Shown here piece after piece: positions 39,264 through 49,601 of a DNA stretch of 64,000 nt (position 1 is the stretch's first letter; each line of letters begins with the position of its first letter). The stretch is taken from the NCBI GenBank assembly GCA_965208835.1, contig OZ242358.1, positions 2,240,001-2,304,000 of the forward strand, written 5' to 3'. The stretch is from Candidatus Latescibacterota bacterium. Lineage in GTDB: Bacteria > Latescibacterota > UBA2968 > GCA-2709665. The notes below the pieces were generated by a model. It saw nothing but the letters and a program-made list of their open reading frames with translations, had not been told where the DNA came from and did not search any database. The position numbers and the translations under genes are program-made.

Positions 39264-40133
39264 CTATTCGATGGACGGCACCTCGATTTTCTCGCCCTGC
39301 ACGATTGATTTTTCAAGCGCTTCCAGCACGGCGACCGGTTTCAGCATGGATTCGCGGGTTTCGTCGGTGTTGCCTGTCTTGAACATGTCGCAGAAGGCGC
39401 TTGTGCCGCCCAGATATGGATTCTCGTCGTAGCCGATCACCCGGTCGACCCGCCCCTTTTCGCAGATGACGGACACGTGGAAGGCGCTGTGCCCTTCGGT
39501 GAAGAGATTGAGCGTGGAGACGGAGCCGCTCGACGAATACAGCGTGCCGGTATGGTTATGCTCGCCCAGGTTGACCTGCGCGTGGGTGACGTCGTTGTCG
39601 AGCAGCCGCACGGCCATGTCCACCTGGTGGATGCCATAGAAGAAAACGCCGCCCCACTCGGATTCGACGTCGCAGGGGCCGGTTGTGACCACGGAGACAA
39701 CCCGGCCCATATCGGCGATGTCTTCCTTGAGCCGGCTGAAGGACTCCTGTCGGGGTAACACGGAGAATGAGCAGACGGGGACCCCGAGTTCCGACGCGCG
39801 GTCCAGGAAGCGCCTGCCCTCGGAGACCCGATAGCAGAACGGCTTGTCCACGAATACCGGAATTCCGGCTTCCATCAGCGGCCAGACCGCTGGCAGGTGA
39901 TATTTCGCGTCGCGATGGTCCACGCACGCGGCGTCGACCTGACCGATCATATCCTCGGGTTTTTCGACGATAGTCGGAATCTGTCCCCGGTCCTGTGCGT
40001 CTTTGGCGTACCGGGCGGCTTCGCCCCAGACGTGGGTGACGCGGCAGCCCGGTACTTTTTTGTCTATGTTCAACGTTTTCGAAATGGCGACGGTGTGACT
40101 GTTTTCCGCGCCGACAATACCGATGTTGATCAT
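39264..40133 (-). CDS. Gfo/Idh/MocA family oxidoreductase
   Basis: IGIVGAENSH, VFVDKPF, FYGIH. Confidence 0.85.
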   Translation of the reverse strand: MINIGIVGAENSHTVAISKTLNIDKKVPGCRVTHVWGEAARYAKDAQDRGQIPTIVEKPEDMIGQVDAACVDHRDAKYHLPAVWPLMEAGIPVFVDKPFCYRVSEGRRFLDRASELGVPVCSFSVLPRQESFSRLKEDIADMGRVVSVVTTGPCDVESEWGGVFFYGIHQVDMAVRLLDNDVTHAQVNLGEHNHTGTLYSSSGSVSTLNLFTEGHSAFHVSVICEKGRVDRVIGYDENPYLGGTSAFCDMFKTGNTDETRESMLKPVAVLEALEKSIVQGEKIEVPSIE

Positions 40134-40166
40134 TTTGTTCCTCCTTGGTTAGGTTCAAGCCTGCGG

Positions 40167-41366
40167 TCAAGGCCTCGCGGGTGACCCGTCGGGGAGGCGG
40201 GCCTGCGTCCAGCCGATGATTTCATCCTGACAGGGATACCTGGAGGCGAGTTCTTCGTCGACGTCGATTCCGAAGCCGGGGTTATCGTTGGGATACATGA
40301 AACCGCCCTTGACTTCGGGCGTGCCGGGGAAGATTTCGCAGACGCGTTCGTCGAATCGGCACCACTCCTGAATTCCGAAGTTGGGCGCCCAGAGATCCAG
40401 GTGCAGATTGGCGGCATGGCCGACCGGAGAAACGTCGCCGGGTCCGTGCCAGGCGGTACGAATGCCGTACATGCCGGCGAATGCCGCCACGTTGCGGGCC
40501 GGCGTGAGGCCGCCCATCTGGCTGATGTGCATGCGGATAAAGTCGATCAGCCGGTCCTGGATGAGCGGCGTCCACTCGCGCGGGTGGTTGAAGAGCTCCC
40601 CCATGGCGATGGGCGTGGCGCATTGCTGCCGGATGTTATGGAACCACTCCAGGTCTTCCGGTGCGAGCGGGTCCTCCAGGAAGAACAGCCTGAAGGGTTC
40701 CGCGTCTTTCGCGAACTGAACCGCGTCCACAGGTACGAGCCGTTCGTGAATGTCGTGGAGGAGTTCGATGTGCGGGGCCGAATTTGCACGGACGTGGCCG
40801 ATCATGTCGAGGACCCCCCGCGCGTATTCCCGCGGGTCGTAGCGGGCCCCTTCCTGAGCCCCTTCCGGGCCGCGCAGGCGGGACGTTCTGCCTCCGTACC
40901 CTCCCATCTGAACGCGGATGTGCTGATAGCCCTGTTCATGGAATTTCAGAACGTTGTCCAGGACTTCGTTTTTCTCCAGGCCGTCGGCGTGCGCGTAACA
41001 GGCCGCGGCTTCGCGGCATTTGCCCCCCAGAAGCTGGTAGACGGGCATCCCCGCGCGCTTGCCCTTGATGTCCCACAGCGCGATATCCACGCCGGAGATC
41101 GCGTTGTTGAGCACGGGACCGTTGCGCCAGTACCCGTTGACCATGGATATCTGCCAGATGTCTTCGATGCGGTCGACGTCGCGTCCGATGAGAAACGGTT
41201 TCAGGTGTTTTTCAATGGCGGCATGGACGGCGTGAAATCGCTGGGTAAACGTGGCGCAGCCGAGACCGTAGAGTCCGGGTTGGGACGTGAGGATCTTGAC
41301 CACGATGAGGCGCGATCCCGCGGGCTGGGTGAGGATGGTTCTGACGTCGCGTATGGTGACGGGCAA
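40167..41366 (-). CDS. enolase-superfamily acid-sugar dehydratase (RspA/ManD-like)
   Basis: YWRNGPV, ALWDIKGK, LLHDIHER, MGELF, WHGPGDVSPVG. Confidence 0.9.
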   Translation of the reverse strand: MPVTIRDVRTILTQPAGSRLIVVKILTSQPGLYGLGCATFTQRFHAVHAAIEKHLKPFLIGRDVDRIEDIWQISMVNGYWRNGPVLNNAISGVDIALWDIKGKRAGMPVYQLLGGKCREAAACYAHADGLEKNEVLDNVLKFHEQGYQHIRVQMGGYGGRTSRLRGPEGAQEGARYDPREYARGVLDMIGHVRANSAPHIELLHDIHERLVPVDAVQFAKDAEPFRLFFLEDPLAPEDLEWFHNIRQQCATPIAMGELFNHPREWTPLIQDRLIDFIRMHISQMGGLTPARNVAAFAGMYGIRTAWHGPGDVSPVGHAANLHLDLWAPNFGIQEWCRFDERVCEIFPGTPEVKGGFMYPNDNPGFGIDVDEELASRYPCQDEIIGWTQARLPDGSPARP

Positions 41367-41533
41367 GGGTGGACTCCGGGTTATTGGAGATGGACATAGA
41401 CGTTAACCGCGCCCACGGGCTTCTTTAATAAGGTCTGCGCGGTGAATTGTCCACGGATTTTTTCGGGGGTGGCCGGGTGATGAAACCGAACTGGTGCCAC
41501 GCATGGACGCGTCGGAAGGAATACCGATTCTAA

Positions 41534-41767
41534 GAAGCCGGTTTAAAATTACCGGTGAGTTCCCGAGCGCGAGCGAAAAAGCGGCGGTTAAGAGGCACGA
41601 GGGGCGCGTAGTGCCGAGGCACGAGGGGCGCGCAGCGCCGACGGGAAAATCCGGCTATGAGAGGCGAGCAAGCGCAGCCTCGATCTCGTACGACGGGCGG
41701 ATTTGACCAACGCCGACCGGCGCTTTTGCAGCCGTGCGAAGACCGCGGGGAATTTTAAGACAGCTTC
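41534..41767. mobile_element. MITE family B copy with an internal 24-nt tandem duplication
   Basis: TIRs GAAGCCGGTTTAAAATT and AATTTTAAGACAGCTTC; TAA duplication; GAGGCACGAGGGGCGCG present twice. Confidence 0.88.
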
Positions 41768-43071
41768 TAAAGCCGTCCTTCTTTCTGAAGGATGTCTCCC
41801 GCGATGGCGTAGGTGGTTCCGTGCATGCCGATGACGACGAGACCCAGGCCCTCGGCCAGGTATCCGCCGGGGTACATGTTCGGAATGACGGTGCATTCAT
41901 AGTTGTGTGGATGTGTGGGCAACTGATGGACCTGGAAGCGGTAGTTATCGTATTTTTCCACCGTGCGAAGCGGTGGAAATCCTTCGAAAAGGGAGTAATC
42001 CACGATGCCGCCGATTTCGAGGATGACGTGGTCGACTTCGAGCGTTTCACGGCTGCCATTGTGGCCAAGGTCGACGAGCCCTGCGGATGCTCCCTGTTCG
42101 AATCCGGTAACACGGGTCTCATAGCGGGTGTTCAGGCGGGGGGACCGGCTTTCCATGATTTCGGCGATCCGCGCGTAGTATGGCAGGCCGTAGCGGCTGT
42201 CCGATATGAGGCGCCAGTGACGATCGAAGGGCTGGCGCATCACGTAGTGGACCTGTCTGCCCGCATCGTGCAGTTCCGTTGCCGCCCAGTCGGCGGACCG
42301 GCCTCCACCCACGACGAGAATGCGTTCGCCGGGATAGCTCCCGGGTTGATCGTAGCCTGATGTGACGAACGGTAGATGTTCGCCCGGTACATCGAGTTTC
42401 CGTGGAATGCAGCGCTGGCCCACCGCGTAGACCAGGTACTTGCACGTGTAGCGACGTGTGGTTTCCGCGCCTGAGACGCGGGATGTGAGCATAAATCCCG
42501 CGTCGTGGGGCTGGATGCGGGTCACACGTTCGTTTATGCGAATTTGGTCTTCGACTTCGAAACGGCCCGGTACGGCGTGGTAATAATCCAGGAGGTGATG
42601 TTTCGCGATCAACGCGTTGACGTCCAGATTGATCTGTCGTTCGCGGATGTGACGATCAAGCGGATAAAAGGCAAATTCCATCCATTGCCCCGGCGAGAGC
42701 GTGAGCATGTTTTCCGGTACATTGTTCCACACGCCGCCGACCTCTTCCTGTGTGATCAGCAATACGTCGACGGGTTCGTGCCTGCGGAATTCGAGGGCGA
42801 TTTCATTCTGCCCGCGGAATTTCTGTCCGGGATGGTGGAGAATGCGAAACAGGTCCACGGGACGGATGCCGGCGTTCACCACGGCTCTGAAATCGAGGCC
42901 GAGCAGCGTGCCGTTTTCCCCGCGAAGATAGCGGTCGACCTGCTCGTATCGACTGCGGAACAGGTCGCCACCGCGATAATGCGGGTGCCATCCGCCGAGT
43001 ACGGCGGCCAGCGGCAGACCGGCCGGACCCCCGCCCACGATGATGACGGTATGGTGTTCGGGTGTGACCAT
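41767..43071 (-). CDS. FAD/NAD(P)-dependent oxidoreductase, OSGIN/OKL38-like
   Basis: IVGGGPAG, GGVWNNVPENMLTLSPGQWME, VVGGGRSAD. Confidence 0.8.
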   Translation of the reverse strand: MVTPEHHTVIIVGGGPAGLPLAAVLGGWHPHYRGGDLFRSRYEQVDRYLRGENGTLLGLDFRAVVNAGIRPVDLFRILHHPGQKFRGQNEIALEFRRHEPVDVLLITQEEVGGVWNNVPENMLTLSPGQWMEFAFYPLDRHIRERQINLDVNALIAKHHLLDYYHAVPGRFEVEDQIRINERVTRIQPHDAGFMLTSRVSGAETTRRYTCKYLVYAVGQRCIPRKLDVPGEHLPFVTSGYDQPGSYPGERILVVGGGRSADWAATELHDAGRQVHYVMRQPFDRHWRLISDSRYGLPYYARIAEIMESRSPRLNTRYETRVTGFEQGASAGLVDLGHNGSRETLEVDHVILEIGGIVDYSLFEGFPPLRTVEKYDNYRFQVHQLPTHPHNYECTVIPNMYPGGYLAEGLGLVVIGMHGTTYAIAGDILQKEGRL

Positions 43072-43342
43072 GGAATCTTCGCCAAAACGGTCGGACGGCC
43101 AGGGGCCGCGGGACGTCGGCAGCCGCCCTTACGCGCACGGTCTGCGGGCCGTACAGGTGGTCCGGAACCCCGCCGACGGGGGGCGAACCGGGGCGTGGAT
43201 GGTTCGGCCGAATACCAGCGGGACAGACCTTGACTTCAACCCTTGAATGCCGTATGATGGTGCTCCTGCAGAAGCGGCTACAAAGTAGATCGGTGGCCCC
43301 GGGGAGTCAAGCCGAATATAGTCGATCAGAGGGGGGAAGTCT

Positions 43343-44710
43343 ATGGCGGACGCAGAACAGCTGGATGTTGGGGAGATTCGGGCGCAGGACCGGGCGCACG
43401 TGTGGCATCCGATGGTACAGCACCGGACTCTGGAACACCGGGATCTCATGGTGGTCCACCGGGGGAAGGGAACCACCGTCGTGGACGCGGAGGGTCGGGA
43501 GTTCCTGGATGCTTACGCGGGGCTCTGGAACGTCAACGTCGGATACGGCCGCCGTGAGATCGCAGACGCCGTATACGAACAGATGCTGCAGCTTTCCTAC
43601 TATCCCCATCTCCAGGTGAATCTTCCCGCCGCCAGGCTGGCATCCAGGCTGGCCGACCTCCTGCCCGGTGATCTGAACCATCTGTTCTTCTCCAACAGCG
43701 GCTCGGAGGCGAACGAGACCGCGCTGAAGATCGCGCGGCAGTATGGTCGGCAGAAGTACCCGGGCGAGAACCGGTTCAAGGTGATTGCGAGATACCAGGG
43801 CTATCACGGGTTCACGTTTGGTGCGATGTCCGCGACTGGCCAGGTTGCCAGGAGAGCGCGGTTCGAACCCCTGATGCCGGGGTTTCTGCACGTGAACCCG
43901 CCTTATTCTTTTCGCTTCGGGACGAAACTGACCTATCCCGACGGCGGCGTTGCGTGTGCGAACGAGGTCGAAGAGGTCATTGTCCGGGAGGACCCGGCAA
44001 CGGTTGCGGCGGTCATTGCCGAGCCGATCATCGGCGGCGGCGGCGTGATCATCCCGCCGGACGGGTACCTGCCGCGCCTTCGTGAAATCTGCGACCGATA
44101 TGGCGTGCTGCTGATCTTCGACGAGGTCATCACGGGTTTCGGCCGGACGGGCAAGCTGTTTGCCGCCGAGCACTGGGGTGTGGTTCCGGATATGATGACC
44201 ATGGCGAAGGGTGTGTCCAGCGGCTATCTGCCTCTCGGAGCGTGCGCTGTGACACCTGAGGTGTTTGAAACCTTCATGGGCGATCCCGATGAGCGTCGGG
44301 AATTCTCCTCGGTGTCCACGTATGGCGGGCATCCGGTCTGCTGTACGGCGGCTCTGGCGAATCTGGATATTCTGACCGCCGAACGACTGTGGGAGAATTC
44401 CGCGGAAGTGGGGGCTTACCTTCTGGATGGGTTGAAAGGGCTGAAGTCTCCGTTCATCGGCGAAGTGCGGGGCAAGGGGCTGATGATCGCCGTCGAGCTT
44501 GCGGCCCAAAGCGGCGATATGCTGGATGCCGCGCGGGTTGCCGCGGTGCAGGCCGGCATCCTTGAACGGGGCGTGATCGTGGGTCGCATGAGCCACGTGA
44601 TGGACGGACCCGAAAGTATTTTCTTCCTGGCGCCGCCCCTGATCCTGACGCAAAGCGAAGCCGACCGGATCGTGTCGGCGTTCGATTCCGGGCTTAAACG
44701 GATTTCCTGA
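43343..44710 (+). CDS. class III PLP aminotransferase
   Basis: DAYAGLWNVNVGYG, SGSEANE, YHG, FDEVITGFGRTG, MAKG. Confidence 0.95.
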   Translation: MADAEQLDVGEIRAQDRAHVWHPMVQHRTLEHRDLMVVHRGKGTTVVDAEGREFLDAYAGLWNVNVGYGRREIADAVYEQMLQLSYYPHLQVNLPAARLASRLADLLPGDLNHLFFSNSGSEANETALKIARQYGRQKYPGENRFKVIARYQGYHGFTFGAMSATGQVARRARFEPLMPGFLHVNPPYSFRFGTKLTYPDGGVACANEVEEVIVREDPATVAAVIAEPIIGGGGVIIPPDGYLPRLREICDRYGVLLIFDEVITGFGRTGKLFAAEHWGVVPDMMTMAKGVSSGYLPLGACAVTPEVFETFMGDPDERREFSSVSTYGGHPVCCTAALANLDILTAERLWENSAEVGAYLLDGLKGLKSPFIGEVRGKGLMIAVELAAQSGDMLDAARVAAVQAGILERGVIVGRMSHVMDGPESIFFLAPPLILTQSEADRIVSAFDSGLKRIS

Positions 44711-44778
44711 CGCGGCCGGAATCCGAATCTTCGTTAGTTCGGCGACGCTCATCCTCCAGTCACGCTTGTAGATCGCGT

Positions 44779-46344
44779 ATGCAGGCCTGTTTCCGACACT
44801 ACGTCGCCCTTCGGAAGGAGATGGACGCCTGGCTGGCGCAGAGCCGGCGCATGGACCCTCCCGGGAGGCACGGCGGCGGCGAGGACGAAGCCAACTACGC
44901 CCTGGCCTGGTTCCCGCACTTTCTTGCGACGGGCAATACGGCGGTCGTGGAGCACTTCGAGTGTCTCCTGGATCAGCTCGCGGGCTGGGTCCGCCGCGAA
45001 TGTCTGCACGGGTACGAGCCGGAGGCCGAGGCGCATCACGGTACCGAGCCGTTCCTGCTCTTTCTGCCTCGCTACCTGGGCTTGTTTCCGGAGGATCGGG
45101 TGGCGGCGCGACTGCTTGCGGATGCGGCCGAACACATCGGGAACTGGGAGAAGGAGATCCCGGCGTGGTTCGACTGGGACCGCAACCGGTTCTTCGGATA
45201 CCACATAGGTACGCGCACCGTGGGGCGGGACCCGGAGCACGCGGTGGAACTCGCGGAGCACTTTCGGTTCATTCACATCGCGCTGTCGGCCTACCGCGTG
45301 CTGAAACAGGACCGGTATCTGGACTGGGCGCTTCGGTACGGCCGGCGTCGCGCGGAGATGATCGTGGCGGCGCCGGAAGGGGACCTGCCCGTGATGTGGG
45401 GGCCGGCCGGCCGGCCTCTGGGCGAATGCGAATATACGGAGTCGCAGCGCCGGATGAGCGGCGCCAGCCACCATTTGCCGGGCGATCCGGCACGGGGCGT
45501 GGAGGCGCTGCTCGCCTCCGGAGCGGTCCACGCGCTGGGCGATCTGTACCGCATGTCGGGCGAGATCGTTTTTCGGGACGCGGGATTTCGGATTGTCGAG
45601 CCGCTCGTCGGCATGCTTCACGACCCCTACTGCGATCCCGGCGCCGCTGCCGTCTCCTTCTTCCGTGGGGCCTTCGGCGACAACAACCTGGATGACCGGA
45701 TCCGGGAAACGGTCGGGCGGCTTCCCGACGAGGAATCCGGCGAACTCATGCTGATGGTGACCGAGAAACCGAGGATGATCCTTCCGGGCGTGGGAAAGCG
45801 GGCGGATATGCTGCACTGGGGTGTGCAGGCGGAAGGCATAAATCGAGTCGCGCCGACGCGTGAGCCCTGTACGGCCACGTTGACGCTGGCCTACCAGATA
45901 ACCGGCGACGCGTCGTTCGCGTCGCGGGCATTGAAGCAGGCGGCCCGGAGGCTGAAGGTGGCGCGGCGTGTGTTGAGGGGAGGAAGGGAGCACGCGGACA
46001 TGGGCGGGGCGGTCTGCTCCGTCGCCGCCGGCCACGGGCGAAACTGGGGTTCCGGCGCCGTGACCGGATGTTACGGATCCTTGTTGCTCGGCGCCCGGGA
46101 ACACCTGGGCGCGGTGGTGCCCACGGTGGAATTCCGGCGGTCGGACGGCGGTCCCGGTCTGCCGGAGCAGGTGGTTTCACTGGTAATCCCACCCGGCCCG
46201 TTCGCCGGAAACGTCCGGCTCTACAACGGCGGCGGCTCGGATGCGGCCGTCTCCTGGAGGCAGCCGGGGGCCGCCTGGCAGGACGTCTCGCTCCCGCCCG
46301 GCGGCGAGGTCGAGACGGCGTTGCCAGAGGAGGATTGGCGATGA
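44779..46344 (+). CDS. hypothetical protein, possible alpha/alpha-barrel enzyme
   Basis: 521-aa ORF in an operon context, overlapping the next gene by ATGA; HGGGEDE and EAHHGTE segments. Confidence 0.65.
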   Translation: MQACFRHYVALRKEMDAWLAQSRRMDPPGRHGGGEDEANYALAWFPHFLATGNTAVVEHFECLLDQLAGWVRRECLHGYEPEAEAHHGTEPFLLFLPRYLGLFPEDRVAARLLADAAEHIGNWEKEIPAWFDWDRNRFFGYHIGTRTVGRDPEHAVELAEHFRFIHIALSAYRVLKQDRYLDWALRYGRRRAEMIVAAPEGDLPVMWGPAGRPLGECEYTESQRRMSGASHHLPGDPARGVEALLASGAVHALGDLYRMSGEIVFRDAGFRIVEPLVGMLHDPYCDPGAAAVSFFRGAFGDNNLDDRIRETVGRLPDEESGELMLMVTEKPRMILPGVGKRADMLHWGVQAEGINRVAPTREPCTATLTLAYQITGDASFASRALKQAARRLKVARRVLRGGREHADMGGAVCSVAAGHGRNWGSGAVTGCYGSLLLGAREHLGAVVPTVEFRRSDGGPGLPEQVVSLVIPPGPFAGNVRLYNGGGSDAAVSWRQPGAAWQDVSLPPGGEVETALPEEDWR

Positions 46345-47321
46345 AATATCGTACGCTGGGACAGACAGGTCTGACGGTTTCGGAAATAGGGCTTGGCGCC
46401 TTTCCCATATCCGGAATGCAGCGGCAGGAGGACGGTACCCGGTTCGGATGGACAGGTACCGAGGATGCCGAGTCGATTTCGCTGATTCATCGGTGCGAAG
46501 AACTCGGCATTAATCTGATCGACTCAGCTGAGAGTTACGGGGACGGACACAGCGAGGTCCTCACGGGCAAGGCGCTGCGCGGACGGAGAGATAAGTGGAT
46601 TGTGGCCACGAAGGTCCAGCCGAACGCTGGTATCGATTCTGGATCAAAGGATGTGTCTGCGGTGCGGCGTCGAATCACAGAAGCGTGTGAGCTCAGCCTG
46701 AAGCGTCTGGCGACCGACTACATCGATGTCTATCAGCTGCACGCCGTTCCCTACGAATGGGCGATGCCGGCGGTAATGGACGCGCTTGCCGGGCTCCGAC
46801 AGTCGGGAAAGGTCCGGTGGTACGGCATTTCGACCAATGACAGGCAGGCGGTGGAGAAGCTCGGTTCGTTCGGACCTGTCCACATGTTGCAGGTGGGCTA
46901 CAATTTGCTGGAGCGGTCGGCGGAAGGGTTTTTGCACTGGGCGAAGGCCGAGAATATCGGCACGTTGATTCGCGTGCCTCTTGCAAAAGGGCAACTGACG
47001 GGCAAGTATTTCGGCGCGCAGGCACAGACGATCCCGGAAAACGACGTGCGATACGAACGATTCAACAAACCCGAGACGGTCGATGGCCTGAAGCGCCTGC
47101 CGCAGTTGCTTTTCCTGCAGAACCGCACACGAACCATGGCGCAGGCGGCGCTGCGTTTCGTGCTGGATCATCCGGGCGTATCCTGCGTGATTGCCGGCGC
47201 CAAGAACCGCCGGCAGGTCGAGGATAACGCCGACACCGCAGGAATGCCTCCTCTTACCGATGCCGAACTCGAACGGGCGATTCCGATCGCGGATACAATC
47301 GGAACGCCCGGCTGGATCTGA
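46341..47321 (+). CDS. aldo/keto reductase
   Basis: MKYRTLGQTGLTVSEIGLG, DSAESYG, SLKRLATDYIDVYQLH. Confidence 0.95.
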   Translation: MKYRTLGQTGLTVSEIGLGAFPISGMQRQEDGTRFGWTGTEDAESISLIHRCEELGINLIDSAESYGDGHSEVLTGKALRGRRDKWIVATKVQPNAGIDSGSKDVSAVRRRITEACELSLKRLATDYIDVYQLHAVPYEWAMPAVMDALAGLRQSGKVRWYGISTNDRQAVEKLGSFGPVHMLQVGYNLLERSAEGFLHWAKAENIGTLIRVPLAKGQLTGKYFGAQAQTIPENDVRYERFNKPETVDGLKRLPQLLFLQNRTRTMAQAALRFVLDHPGVSCVIAGAKNRRQVEDNADTAGMPPLTDAELERAIPIADTIGTPGWI

Positions 47322-47520
47322 TGTCGGAATTCCCGGTCGCACCGGCGTTACGACGCACGCCGTACGGCACGTTTTCCTTTTGCGTCTTTTGTACTTTTTG
47401 TGACAATGAAGCCGGTCAGCTATTGGAACGAACTCAAAACCACGCTCATGAAGTCATCGTCGTGGTGTCGCCTCGCTGTGTTTTCAAATTGAGATCAGGC
47501 GACGACTCCGGAGATCGTAT

Positions 47521-48783
47521 TTGTCATCCCCAGTACGTATAGGCGTGATCGGTTGCGGGCGGATCCTGAACGCACATTTGCGCGGGTTCCGTGTCCTGCA
47601 GGATTCCGGGTTCGGGGATTGCTTCCGGGTTACGGCGCTCTGTGCGAGAAGAGGTGAGGACGCCCTCCGATTTCGAATCCGCGGCGAAGGACCGGGGCCC
47701 AGACCGGCGCCGGTGGAAGCCCCTGGTGACCCGTTGAACGCGCCGCACGCGTACATCAGCGATTTGCATCCCGGTCAGGAAACGGCGGTTTACACGGACT
47801 ATCGCGAGATGCTGGAACGCGGGCCGGTCGACGCGGTGTGCATCCTGACGGGGCACGATACGCATCACACCATCGCCATTGATGCCATGCGTGCCGGCAG
47901 GCACGTGACGGTCGAGAAGCCGATGGCGATCTCGGTAAGGGCCGCACAGCGGATGTGTGAAGTGGCTTCCGAGACGAACACGGTGTTGAGCGTCGAGGAA
48001 AACGTGAATTTTACTCCCGCGGTGCGTGCGAACCGGTGGGCCGTCAGGGAGGGATTGATCGGCGACGTGCAGATGGTCTACCGCGGATCGATCGGGTTCC
48101 GGTCTCACCGTCCTGATCTCGTCGCCGCGCGCACGCCGTGGAGGCAGTTGAAGCTGGGCGCCGGGGGCGGGGTGTCGATCGATCTGGGCGTGCATCTCTT
48201 CAACGGGGTTCGGACGATCTGCGGACCGGTGCATTCGGTGCAGGCCCTGTGGCGGACGCTCGAGCCGGTCAGGGTGCTGATGTCGGACGACGACGTGAGG
48301 GTTGCGGATGAGGTCGAAAACCAGGTGGACGACGTGTTCTTTTCGAATTTCAGGCTGGCGAACGGTGCGATCGGGCACATGGCGGTGGCGCGCAGCGCCA
48401 GGGGAACGCAAATCGGGGTGCCGGGTGGTACGAATGTATTCGGCAGCAAGGGGGCGTTGTCAGACGGGAAGATCTATGCGGGGAATGGGACCGGGGAAGA
48501 CGTTTTGCAGCGGTTCCAACGAGAGGCCGCGGATCGAGAGCGGGACGAAGCGATGCCGGGCGGGATCACCGATGCATTCGCGCTGGAGAACCTGGACTGG
48601 CTGCGGGCGATCCGCGACGGTTCGCCGGCGCGAATGTCCGGCGAGGAGGGGACGGTCGACCTGGCCCTGAGCTACGCGATCCTGGAGTCCGGGCTCCTGG
48701 GGCGCGAGGTGACGCTGGAAGAAATGCTTCGCGGCGAGGCCGACGCATACCAGGTGCCGATCAACGCGCATTACGGGCTGTAG
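47521..48783 (+). CDS. Gfo/Idh/MocA family oxidoreductase
   Basis: IGVIGCG, HVTVEKPMA, IDLGVH. Confidence 0.9.
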   Translation: MSSPVRIGVIGCGRILNAHLRGFRVLQDSGFGDCFRVTALCARRGEDALRFRIRGEGPGPRPAPVEAPGDPLNAPHAYISDLHPGQETAVYTDYREMLERGPVDAVCILTGHDTHHTIAIDAMRAGRHVTVEKPMAISVRAAQRMCEVASETNTVLSVEENVNFTPAVRANRWAVREGLIGDVQMVYRGSIGFRSHRPDLVAARTPWRQLKLGAGGGVSIDLGVHLFNGVRTICGPVHSVQALWRTLEPVRVLMSDDDVRVADEVENQVDDVFFSNFRLANGAIGHMAVARSARGTQIGVPGGTNVFGSKGALSDGKIYAGNGTGEDVLQRFQREAADRERDEAMPGGITDAFALENLDWLRAIRDGSPARMSGEEGTVDLALSYAILESGLLGREVTLEEMLRGEADAYQVPINAHYGL

Positions 48784-48861
48784 TACGACCCCCTGCGGGT
48801 GGAATTCGACGATTGCAACGGCCCACCTGCCCCGGGCGGGCCGGTTTCCTTTTCCGGGGTC

Positions 48862-49440
48862 TCATCGTCTTGCGATTTCGAGGTTGCGGAACCAGATCTG
48901 ACTGGCGTGGTCCTGCAGCCCGATGTATCCGGTCCGGTTCATTTCGCAGTATGCGCGGTTGAATTTGTTGGGCGTGCCGTCGGGATTCCGGCCCGGGGTG
49001 GTCCAGCGGCTCAGGTCCATTTCGGTGACTTGGTCGCCGTTCAAATCAACCCGGATGTTGTCGTCCTCGGCGCAGAGGACCATGTGATTCCATTCGCCCG
49101 CGGGTTTGCAGGCGTTGTGCGTGGGGGCCTGGACGTCATAGACCGCGCCGCAGCATTTCGCGGTTGCGGGGTTCCTGCCGTATGTGTCCAGGATCTGGAT
49201 TTCGATTCCGGTCTGCACGGGGTCGTCCAGATCGGTCCATCTGAAGAAAACGCCGCTGTTGGCGCCAGGCGGATGCTTGAACTCGAGCGACAGTTCGAAA
49301 TTCCTGAACCGGTCCTTCGTATAATACAGGTATTCGCCCTTTTCCGCAGTGCAGAAGATACAGCCACGATCTACCGTCCAGCCATCGGGATTGCCCGTGG
49401 CTGCCCAGCCGTCGAGGGTTTCGCCGTCGAACAGGTGCAT
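48862..49440 (-). CDS. DUF1080 (3-keto-glycoside lyase/hydrolase-like) protein
   Basis: LFDGETLDGW, NSGVFF, EIQILD, GEWN, GYIGLQDH, FRNLEI. Confidence 0.9.
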   Translation of the reverse strand: MHLFDGETLDGWAATGNPDGWTVDRGCIFCTAEKGEYLYYTKDRFRNFELSLEFKHPPGANSGVFFRWTDLDDPVQTGIEIQILDTYGRNPATAKCCGAVYDVQAPTHNACKPAGEWNHMVLCAEDDNIRVDLNGDQVTEMDLSRWTTPGRNPDGTPNKFNRAYCEMNRTGYIGLQDHASQIWFRNLEIARR

Positions 49441-49601
49441 GTATCGTCCTTTCGATGATCTGGTAATGGAAATCTGCTGCCGTCGGGTTTTTTCCGTCCG
49501 CCGGTATCGGCCCAGGAAACACGGGAACCATTGCGTGGCAATATCTGTCAAACCGGACGAAAAACAAAGCGAAAGTCACACTCGGTTGAGGAGGAATTGA
49601 C

